Origin: a virus
Taxonomy: Duplodnaviria > Caudoviricetes
DNA length: 58,087 bases
Direction: 5' to 3' (one strand)
Virus record (IMG/VR): IMGVR_UViG_3300022912_000001
Span: 1 to 58,087 of that record
Both the position numbers and the translations under genes were made by a program. Position 1 is the first letter of the stretch. Each line of letters opens with the position of its first letter. The notes beneath the pieces were generated by a model. The model was not told the DNA's origin. It made no database searches and saw only the letters and a list, made by a program, of their open reading frames with translations. Shown here in pieces: positions 17,701 to 24,647 of the stretch.

Positions 17701-20077
17701 CCTCCCTCGCTGCTTTAGCTGCTTTGAGTTGCGCGAGCTTTGAACCACTACCTGCAACTGGAGTAGCATTATCATCTGCCTCTTGGTTACCATCTGCCGT
17801 AGCATTATCTGTAGCCTGAGAGTCGTTAGCAACCTGAGAATTTGTAGTAGGCTGACTTCCTGTAGCTGGCCTTCTGCCAGTAAGTTTTTGATTCTTTCCC
17901 TTATTCTGCCCTGGAACATAAGGTGCTTTATCTGCCTTATTAAATGTTGTTGAGAATTGCTCTGCTGGAGTTTTTGGAGTAGTAGTATTGTGAGCGTTCA
18001 TTAGGAACGTATTGCTTGCGGCTACCAACGATTCCTGAGTTTTTACATCAACATAGTCTGCAAGCTGTGCTTTCGTAAGGGCAGTTGTATTCCCATCCTC
18101 AGTCCTTGCAAAATATCCAACATCGTTACCTACCCTGCCAACACCAATATCTATACTTGTCCCCTCTTCATTAACAACAGTTACAGATACTTCGCTTTCG
18201 CCAAGGTTTGTAGATACAGTTTTAATATTCTCGTTATTCTTCGCAACACGATTCTGCTCACTAACATCAACAGTATTTGTTTCTGTGCTGACTTCAGGGG
18301 CAACTACAACTGGAGCTTCTTGAGCCTTCTTAGCCTTCGCTGTCTCTTCATTAATACGAGCTATTAATTCTGGCTTGTAGCCACTATCATCAATACCCAT
18401 TGCCTGTGCATGCTCTTGAAGTTCAGCCTTATTCATCTTGCCTATAGGCTTGCTAGGCTCGACTATCTTTACTGTAGGCTCTTCTTTAGGTGTAGGTGTA
18501 GGTGTCTCAGCCTGAGTTTCAGGAGGTGTTGTAGTCGTAGCCTCTGCTGTCTCATCCTCTATCTCCTGCGCCTCACGCTTATGACGAGCTAAAGCCTCAG
18601 CCTTCGTTTCACCACGCTCACTTTGCTGACCACGCTTAACTGGAGTCATCTCACCTTCGGCAGTCATCTCACCATCTGCTGACATGCCATCAGAAGTCAT
18701 ACCGCTATCTGGGGTCATGCCTTCAGTAAATGCATCACCGCCAGTATTGCTAGTACCCTTCAACAGTTCTTCTTGTTGCTCTGGAGTTAAGTCCTCACCT
18801 AGTTGTTCATATGCATTCTTTAAAATCTTTTCAGGGTCTAGCTCTTTTTTGCCGCCAGACCTATCGGGAGTATTCCTAAGAAGTGAAGTTGGCCCAGTAA
18901 TAGCGGCACCAGTTAATAAACCGCCAAAGAATGACTCCCTTGCCTCTGGAGACCAAGCCTCACGCTTCCATGCCTCTGAGAAATTCCTGAATGCCTCTTC
19001 AGGGGAGTCTCCCCATCCCTCTTTATAGGGAACCTGAACTGCAACCTGCGCCATATACTGCAACCACTCAGTAGTACCTTCCTCTGCGGCTTGCTTTAAG
19101 CCGTCTTGAGTAAGATGGCCAGCCTTTCGTATCACAGCAGATGTACTTTTTGCAAATAGCTTTGCACCCTCCCTTTTTGTCTCGTTGAGGATGCCTGCCT
19201 TTTTGAGCATTCCTGCCATTGGCATATACTCAAAACCCCCAGAAACAAGACCATATATCATTGCAGACGGCCCAGCCGCTTTTGCTGCTTCTTCAACAGA
19301 CTGACCCTCTTCATCTACAAGATATGACATTGCCTCATTGTACTGACTTGAGCCTTCAAGCATTGTCATCCCAGCCATAGATGTTCTCTGCGCAATAGTA
19401 TCTAGTGTCAGGTCGCGTGTAGCTTTCTTAGCCGCTTCTTCAAAGCCTTCTTTAGTCATCTCTTCGCCAGACTTAGCAATCCTAAGTAATGCAAGCTTCC
19501 TGCCTTTTTCAGAGACAACCTTAGCCATTGTTTTTCCAGAGGCTTTCGTCAGTAGTGAACCGATACCTTTTGACGTTACAGCTATAGCTGCCATTTCTAC
19601 GATAGATGGAAGTGATGATGCTAGAGTTCGCGAAAGCATATCTAGTTGCCAGAAGTTATCGAAACCTATAGGTTGGTCTGCCTGCCACTCAATGAGAGCT
19701 TGTAATTCAATATCGTTTGCAATCTGCTTGCGAGTTTCTTCCTCGCCTTTAAGTTGCAATTCTCTAGCATAGTTTGAGATTACATTGTTGGGGTCTAGGC
19801 CGAGAGCACCAGCTACATAGCCAGCTATACCTACGTTACCTGAGATGAATGAGTCCATGTGTTGACCCATGTTGAACATGAATTGGTCTATGAAGTTAGG
19901 GGCTGCTTCACTACCTGATTGCTCGTAGGCTGTTTTGCCTGCGGAGTATGACTGTTGATTCTTTTCATTTTCAAAGTAAGACTTCATTACTCTGTCTACG
20001 TCATCTGGCGTGAAACTTACATTATCTTCTTTGTAGCCGGAGATAATCCTATCGCGGACGTATTGTTCTGATGGCAT
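11729..20077 (-). CDS. Giant virion protein (2782 aa), putative virion-packaged two-barrel RNA polymerase with zincin-like and HeH/SAP-like domains
   Basis: VLASRQP (RQP at 13583-13591) ~35 aa before EGDWDGDKG (DWDGD at 13460-13474), as in beta' R-x-P...DFDGD; KIDG...K...GMKH upstream; HEFAH at 16109-16123. Confidence 0.8.
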   Translation of the reverse strand: MPSEQYVRDRIISGYKEDNVSFTPDDVDRVMKSYFENEKNQQSYSAGKTAYEQSGSEAAPNFIDQFMFNMGQHMDSFISGNVGIAGYVAGALGLDPNNVISNYARELQLKGEEETRKQIANDIELQALIEWQADQPIGFDNFWQLDMLSRTLASSLPSIVEMAAIAVTSKGIGSLLTKASGKTMAKVVSEKGRKLALLRIAKSGEEMTKEGFEEAAKKATRDLTLDTIAQRTSMAGMTMLEGSSQYNEAMSYLVDEEGQSVEEAAKAAGPSAMIYGLVSGGFEYMPMAGMLKKAGILNETKREGAKLFAKSTSAVIRKAGHLTQDGLKQAAEEGTTEWLQYMAQVAVQVPYKEGWGDSPEEAFRNFSEAWKREAWSPEARESFFGGLLTGAAITGPTSLLRNTPDRSGGKKELDPEKILKNAYEQLGEDLTPEQQEELLKGTSNTGGDAFTEGMTPDSGMTSDGMSADGEMTAEGEMTPVKRGQQSERGETKAEALARHKREAQEIEDETAEATTTTPPETQAETPTPTPKEEPTVKIVEPSKPIGKMNKAELQEHAQAMGIDDSGYKPELIARINEETAKAKKAQEAPVVVAPEVSTETNTVDVSEQNRVAKNNENIKTVSTNLGESEVSVTVVNEEGTSIDIGVGRVGNDVGYFARTEDGNTTALTKAQLADYVDVKTQESLVAASNTFLMNAHNTTTPKTPAEQFSTTFNKADKAPYVPGQNKGKNQKLTGRRPATGSQPTTNSQVANDSQATDNATADGNQEADDNATPVAGSGSKLAQLKAAKAAREAEQQQQETPIAESDGTVEGAKNVLRSKLNRVRELVSKENKKDNQDAEEEYAEENAITYLMDNIKEEYVHETLTKAGFTSSEANALIDNYDKLLDEESPYGVTDEQLIESDDFSQIIEAEYVRGLPTMFDKAEATAPTQATEPVTKEQFKNRDELVKLAKDEGVKYTGNMDSIVEAINTKREATKATAPTQATKTTQETTGREGKSVIQDFVQGDEFTGVDGNVYVVTSTPNRVSDMLFVDEYRVDEKGNRTKTRGTRLSDVTLAKALGTKATKPTQETKLTAREKLAAERARRESLTPIEKEIEDFTRHGNYFNKKTNRYTDDEAVEFLNEFIEQAKVDNDRISKSDVTLIRLDDGRYRVTGKNMNARVSTSLQNAVLMAAQSDPTVAIRVRKALAERHQDRVVDEQFIQEYREDKGLEQLLAEDIKEDTTPTKEDVDDFFDTPDGNNKTSNDDHVFKESITENETLVKDDQSLSAKMLKRLHEQFPNVKVEIIEELIQANGIEAFGMAVRDMITISEQGTIDTIPHEFAHIWVSMMRDTYAVKLGLKRYRKPGMTQKQAEEALVQKIGEYYTNKMREGTYEKNLMRNWLKKFVQAVKGFLGNVDATGDLLGEMFYNADLKTVESYYDGVAYSKNTEENSDVNNIAVGTGGNDAVVFLSEIGVNFTGEEYAMLVDVIRESPNVTTFINNFRKFGEKGRSLGSNEDGTEIRYEGFKDRIPKSKIENWNKFSDKFENSLKQMFAGKISATEYYTTENNQGILRTMWEVIFDKAGEFQTIQRKQEHPEVKGRLWDKAADKLLALMVSENFLERRRKLNSKLKIETHSISKNDLLEHIFDEKVGEDESKYNFFKKNADGITVSLVDELNKQFAKSFQSGAFDKLYTIAATKGGDGSQLTFASVEVPFDKNVTRANYLEFIETQKETYRAYIDAEVEDGTIPVVMADQIYEANLPLLKKNPYALMQVIGVHEWAKETRHRQYLMPGKWKGIEDFFNRLRIDMTEGKTPVGLNKYIENTAVTNTIMIVPEDTIIVMPNGREVEYSKIDGATLTSGGLMNAYAEVFGYKRTGDGHNLAYAKTVINHRDDNGKHELSKPGITDYLGMKHAEFVLPEGLVFKRPDGTVIATTGKAKDGTYFMAGGKRFDRIASPNEAKNTNGRFDAMYEIHELDENDVKLLTTNGNKSTTTSAFPYAAAEMMSTRFQDEHIDALVDAIIENNNLNVVKHSGVLFELLSNPAVMKAEINRTLEDGEIPTELQQVLIKDPTGSMLSHPTNMPLMLDYLANKYIKNNIFKGRRNDGSQTQAYYQPDIFSDEVKDGEVAFGVDNKSALNQAVKHYLLDKDITLREFNAQPLKARVEIINKWITDGGEVYVLASRQPVNRWTTARPFKLAPFRFGAGSNVFHTWADITEIFEGDWDGDKGYYDFFRTEDVESGYLQAYRDAFEGKSVDKKWRDKLLRLELFSRKLDKIGSNNLLINSDMKQVIQNQDVAENAVGIVVTQASLHKSLSYKQVKITVNGRTYTMKEPHEREYDEDGEPIEGTFAPNEVFPIPLDVEYLSNEDIQKYIIAQGDIIVDDLVDGNEVEFTTVEELRKLDNPVYLKTTVEHVYSILTQAATDDAKFGLLSKLPANYIEDLMFAEEFPVDDSETGDKDRKAISGFAMKFLNQIGRRQGKLGGNQLNFNDLVSMAESLNDLYNAEPEHFQQQLDDQMEQFLKTINRLDGDYTAKINSGYYKKTSIEMGNPSLSPIESMIAKFGEEASKLDNGNLKYDPLHWTPRMNTAAHVIAGQALVDVYNTLTEGDRITDAELAEAVLWADGFNSQYMKVIDETGDPDKVKIDKNDRFAKLFEDAGVVWNALTDTQKMIATLHSLTSLDTRNKEGKATNKVDFQKLFPVRFQHNKIYQMYGMIRQQALNNLVKFDGDVTQTIETMVEEHGYELIEPADTMKSQKIYDAYTQLRGWRFKSIQQAIATVEGREAIREALSKRVDEYYNKCKV

Positions 20078-20092
20078 ATTCTACCTCTTTTG

Positions 20093-22501
20093 TTACATTG
20101 TTATTCCACTCCGAGCTAACCTCTCTAGGTCAGCATCAGATAATTCTTTTGTCTTGCCCTGCATTAAGGCTTCATCTATTCGGTCAACGCCAGTAAACTT
20201 TCCTGCATTGACTTCACGCCAATTCATAAGGTCTGTTTCCTTGACCCTCCTTGTGAACTCAATAAATTGCTTGACTTCAGCCATAGAGGTAATTTTGACT
20301 TCATGCATCTGGGCTTTAAACTTTTCATCTTTCCATAATTTCTCTGCCGCAACATCATCCGTTGAGGATGAAATGGTCTCCATTAGCAAATTGAATACTG
20401 GGTCGCCCTTACTCTTTGCAAGTTTATTATACTTAGTTTCAAGTGCCTTAGCATCTTCTCTTGTAATGGAACTATTTTTGTCAGCAACAAGGTTGTCAGT
20501 TTTTGTGGCTTCACGCTTTGATATTTCTTCTTTGCTAAGAGACTTTAATTCCTTAGTCTTTGCCATGCGCTCTTCTACAGTCTCATGCTTACCAAACTCG
20601 TCTATAAGATTTTCTTGACCTTCAAGATATTTGTTTTTGTCTGGCTTTTGAATGCCAGCATTAGCTGAACGTGTCTCTCTGTCCTGCTTACGCTTCAGGG
20701 TCTGTATTTGATTCTTCCAATGTTTCTCAATACGCTCTTCGCTATTCTTCTTCTGAATAGCACTCATATCAGGCTTTGGCCCAAATTCAGCAATAGCCTT
20801 ATCCATGCTAATTTTAAATTCAGCCTGCCCAGCTGGCTCTAGTTCTGCAAGTTTTGCCTTCTGAGATTTAGATTCTTTTGGAGTCCATGAGAAGTTTTTA
20901 ATTGCATCAAAAAGACTATCTCTCAATACCTTTGCTTCTGCCTCAGATGCAGTCTTGCCTGACATTATACCGCTTGCAATACTGCTTGCGCTACCAGGTT
21001 CAGATTCTTTTTCTCTTGCTACTATTGAATTAAAGGTAGCATCTGCTTTTTCTGCATCGCCATACTTTTCCTGCAAGGCTTTATACTCTTCATTCTCATC
21101 CAGCTTGGCTTTCACATCATCTGTTGATGCATTATAAGCCTCTAAAATCCTATTGTATTCAGCACGACCCTTTGCAAAGTCGGCAGATGATTCATCAGGT
21201 AATGCATTTGTTGCAGTATCTTTATCGCTATCGCCAGTGCCGTCACTATCTTTTCTTCTCTGTGCATCAATAGCATCATTAGTAGCCTTGCGTTCCTGTG
21301 CTTGCGCACTTGACTTTCCATTCATTGGATTCCAATAGTCCTCGATAACCTCAGTAAGTTTCTCAACTTCCCTTGGCTGAAGTCTGCTGTTATAGAATTT
21401 ATCTCTGTACTTATTGACTGCCGCACCAGGATTCTCAGCATTTAACATTTCAAGTGCCTGTTCTTTTGTGAAGTCTGGCTGATTCCCAAGCTCAGTATTA
21501 CGCATAACACCAAGAACCATATTTACAGTATTCGACTTGAAGTTGCCAACACTACCCTTCGCTGAACCAGTCTCGATAGTGTCTCTGGCAATCTTATTCC
21601 ATGTAATAGCACTTGAGTCTTTATCATCATCAGGAGGAAGTCTAAAACCACCTCTCCTGTTGTAGCCATGAGATTGAACAAGTGCACCTGAAAGGATGCC
21701 ATTATTTGCGTCTTCAGCTTTCTGCAACTCTGTAATATTCTCAAGCTGTAGTTTTGCCGTCTCTGCATCAGCTTTATTAATAGCAGCTTCATCCTTTGCA
21801 ATCCCAGCTTTCAAACCCTTAATTCCGAGAGCCGCTATTTCATCAGCATTCTCAAGTTTAAGTCTTGTAGCTTGAGCATCAGCGGCCGCTTCAGCATATC
21901 CTGGAGCATTCTTAGTAAAGTTATCTTTAATGTATTGAAGTTCGCGCTCATCAAAATCAGATACTTCAGCAAAAGCTTTAAATTCTTCGTCAGACATTGC
22001 AAAGTTCTTGTCTGTATCTGCCCCTGCAAACATTGCTTCTGTACCTCTATCAATAGCCGCAAACCTAGCTTCATTTGCATACAAGGCATCATTGGCTTGT
22101 GCTAAATCATCAATAAAGGCAATTAACTCATTCTTGCTTGCCTCATCATTTTTATAGCCCTGTTTTACAAGTTCAATATAACCCTTTGTATATTTATCGC
22201 CAGAGCCAGCATCTTCAATGGCGATACCCTTTAATTCCTGTGCTTCAAGTCTTTGCTTGTATGTATTGATTGACTCATCAATTTCTTTGAGTACAAGTTT
22301 ATGTGCAAACTGGTTTTCTTCATACTCACGGGCAGAATCAATTCTTGCTGTTTCATACTCCCTATTTAAAGCCGCTTGAGTTTCCTGTGAGGTAATTCTC
22401 TGGCTTTGCAGTTCAGCATTAGTAGGCTTAAACAACTGGCCAACCTGTGATATGCCACCTGTAATAGCTCTTATTAAGTCTGCATCACTTTGTCGTGCCA
22501 T
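20093..22501 (-). CDS. Putative ejection/internal virion protein (802 aa, coiled-coil rich)
   Basis: Position in the ejection cluster; Ala/Lys/Glu-rich helical composition. Confidence 0.55.
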   Translation of the reverse strand: MARQSDADLIRAITGGISQVGQLFKPTNAELQSQRITSQETQAALNREYETARIDSAREYEENQFAHKLVLKEIDESINTYKQRLEAQELKGIAIEDAGSGDKYTKGYIELVKQGYKNDEASKNELIAFIDDLAQANDALYANEARFAAIDRGTEAMFAGADTDKNFAMSDEEFKAFAEVSDFDERELQYIKDNFTKNAPGYAEAAADAQATRLKLENADEIAALGIKGLKAGIAKDEAAINKADAETAKLQLENITELQKAEDANNGILSGALVQSHGYNRRGGFRLPPDDDKDSSAITWNKIARDTIETGSAKGSVGNFKSNTVNMVLGVMRNTELGNQPDFTKEQALEMLNAENPGAAVNKYRDKFYNSRLQPREVEKLTEVIEDYWNPMNGKSSAQAQERKATNDAIDAQRRKDSDGTGDSDKDTATNALPDESSADFAKGRAEYNRILEAYNASTDDVKAKLDENEEYKALQEKYGDAEKADATFNSIVAREKESEPGSASSIASGIMSGKTASEAEAKVLRDSLFDAIKNFSWTPKESKSQKAKLAELEPAGQAEFKISMDKAIAEFGPKPDMSAIQKKNSEERIEKHWKNQIQTLKRKQDRETRSANAGIQKPDKNKYLEGQENLIDEFGKHETVEERMAKTKELKSLSKEEISKREATKTDNLVADKNSSITREDAKALETKYNKLAKSKGDPVFNLLMETISSSTDDVAAEKLWKDEKFKAQMHEVKITSMAEVKQFIEFTRRVKETDLMNWREVNAGKFTGVDRIDEALMQGKTKELSDADLERLARSGITM

Positions 22502-22989
22502 TAGACTAAACCCCCATTACCAAACTGGTCTTCTACATCAAAGTCATAGTCGCCAGCATCAAGGTTAAGCCTGTTAGACAAGAATGAAGTATATGCTTCT
22601 TGCATGCTAGACTTCACGCCAAATATACTTTCTCTCTGCGCTTTAGCCGCTTGATTCTCGCTCTGCCTCTGTTGCAACATACTCATTTTAATTGAATCAT
22701 TGAAGCTTGTGTCTGCACTAGCATTTACTGCAAAGTCTGCCTTGCCGATTTTAAAATCATATTCAGCCCTTACCCCCTTACGCTCAAACTGTCCTGACTG
22801 CCCTGCAAACTCCATAGCATTTGTATAGTCATCTGCTATACCAGCTTTTTCAGAGCTTAATAGTCCAATAGTATCTTGAAAGTTTGCGTATGATTCTTGG
22901 TCAGTTGCATAGTCTTTATCGCTTCCAGCTTTACCGCCATAGTGACCTCTCCCAAACCAACCCTTGTCTTTATTGTATAGCCAACTCAT
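22501..22989 (-). CDS. Putative internal virion protein (162 aa)
   Basis: Coupled ORF in the ejection cluster. Confidence 0.55.
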   Translation of the reverse strand: MSWLYNKDKGWFGRGHYGGKAGSDKDYATDQESYANFQDTIGLLSSEKAGIADDYTNAMEFAGQSGQFERKGVRAEYDFKIGKADFAVNASADTSFNDSIKMSMLQQRQSENQAAKAQRESIFGVKSSMQEAYTSFLSNRLNLDAGDYDFDVEDQFGNGGLV

Positions 22990-24404
22990 TATCTTCTCCC
23001 TCCCTTACTCAGCGCATTGAAGCCAAATTTACTTAGGGCCATTCCACCACCAACGATAGCACCTATCGGCCCACCAAATGTAGCGGCTCCTGTAGCAGTA
23101 AGGTCGTAAATGGCTCCAAGTCTATTCGAGTCTTTTTGTGCCTGAGTTCTACCTACCCCACCAGTAACTAAATCTTTTGCACTCATACCAGCACCTATAA
23201 GATTCAATGCTCCAACTGCCTTACCTGCAAATTTACCTACACCGCCAGTTGAGTCTGCGAGTAAATTAGTTTTGTCTGCGAGTGCAGTAGTCTTGCTGTT
23301 TAATATATCAAGAGCTTTTGGTGTTGACCCTGAATGCAATCCAATACCAGTCTCAATAGCCCTACCGCCTGCCCTTGCATGAATTGTAGCATCAGACAGT
23401 CTTGCACCTGCATTTTTTATAGCATGGGGGAAAACAACACCCTTGCCACGCTTTGCACCGGCTACAGCCTCTTTAGTAAGGCTTGAATTAACTCCAACCT
23501 GCGCTCCTGCCTGCCTAGCCTGCTTACTTACACGCATATTTGTCAAGTTATCTTCATACTTAGATACATCAGTACGAAGTTCTGGGCTACTTCTGTTGAA
23601 CGCTCTTCCAGAATACTTCTTAGCTTCTTTAATCTTTGATATTCTATCTACTATTGGCTTTGGGCTTGGCTTTTGAAACTGCATCCCCATACTACCTGTA
23701 GATTTATCTCGTATTCCTATTCCCATTACACTCATATCTAACAACTCTGGAGAACCACCCCTAACAGTAGGGTTTGCAATTTGACTAAGCACGTCTTGGT
23801 CAACAAGGTCTGTTCTAGGTGCTACTTCACCCATCAACTTATCTGAAGACTTATTAAGACCGTCAAATGTAGTCCCTCTATTCGGGTCTCTCATTGGTGG
23901 CTTAACATTCGGCCTAACCTTTTTAGCTTCTGCAGTTCTACCAAGTCCAGAATCTAACTCTGGTCTTCCAGGGTCTGTCAATAATTGTTTTGATAGGTCT
24001 GCTTCACTACGCTTAAAGCCATATTTAGCATTAAAGGCATCAGCACTTTTTTGTGGAGCAGCCTTTATTTCAGCATTTAGAGCTTCCTCTGCTTGACCAG
24101 CCTTTGTAAGTTTGAAATCTTTTTGACCTGGCAACAACTTGCGCCTAATAAGACCCAATGTAGAGTCTGGTGAGTCACCATATTCATACATCTTCTCGCC
24201 AGATTCAGTTGTCTTGCCTAGAAACTTGTCCTCAACAAGACCCTTTCTGAAGTCAGCACCCTGAGTAAGTCCTGTTACAATCATTTCACCCAATGCAATA
24301 TTGCGACTTCTGCGCTCATCCTCTTGGATTGTCTGATTTCTGAGCTGAGTTTCACGGGTTCTCATCTGCGCTCTAACAAAATTTTGATATTGGTTACCCA
24401 TCAT
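22989..24404 (-). CDS. Putative DNA pilot/ejection protein (471 aa)
   Basis: C-terminal Gly/Ala hydrophobic segment GAATFGGPIGAIVGGGMAL typical of ejection proteins. Confidence 0.55.
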   Translation of the reverse strand: MMGNQYQNFVRAQMRTRETQLRNQTIQEDERRSRNIALGEMIVTGLTQGADFRKGLVEDKFLGKTTESGEKMYEYGDSPDSTLGLIRRKLLPGQKDFKLTKAGQAEEALNAEIKAAPQKSADAFNAKYGFKRSEADLSKQLLTDPGRPELDSGLGRTAEAKKVRPNVKPPMRDPNRGTTFDGLNKSSDKLMGEVAPRTDLVDQDVLSQIANPTVRGGSPELLDMSVMGIGIRDKSTGSMGMQFQKPSPKPIVDRISKIKEAKKYSGRAFNRSSPELRTDVSKYEDNLTNMRVSKQARQAGAQVGVNSSLTKEAVAGAKRGKGVVFPHAIKNAGARLSDATIHARAGGRAIETGIGLHSGSTPKALDILNSKTTALADKTNLLADSTGGVGKFAGKAVGALNLIGAGMSAKDLVTGGVGRTQAQKDSNRLGAIYDLTATGAATFGGPIGAIVGGGMALSKFGFNALSKGGRR

Positions 24405-24420
24405 TCGCTCCTGTTACAAT

Positions 24421-24448
24421 AATATAAACATTTTCAAGCTAAATACAA
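24421..24448 (-). promoter_or_regulatory. Putative sigma70-type promoter for the ejection/RNAP genes
   Basis: - strand TTGTAT-N16-TATATT upstream of an AGGAG RBS. Confidence 0.45.
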
Positions 24449-24455
24449 TATAAAT

Positions 24456-24647
24456 CTATGTTTGGGTGTATTTAGATGATTTAAAAATCTTGTTGTTGAG
24501 CTTTACGAACTGATAAACTCCATCTCCAGGGATAAAACGTATCACTGGAACGTTTTCCTGTAGCTCATCAAGTTTAGGCCGGCCTATAGCGACCTTTTGC
24601 ATCGGTTGCTTCGTGTGGTCATTCTGCCTTTGGTTCTTATTTAACAC
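24456..24647 (-). CDS. Small hypothetical virion-module protein (63 aa)
   Basis: Overlap-coupled to the nozzle-like gene. Confidence 0.6.
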   Translation of the reverse strand: MLNKNQRQNDHTKQPMQKVAIGRPKLDELQENVPVIRFIPGDGVYQFVKLNNKIFKSSKYTQT

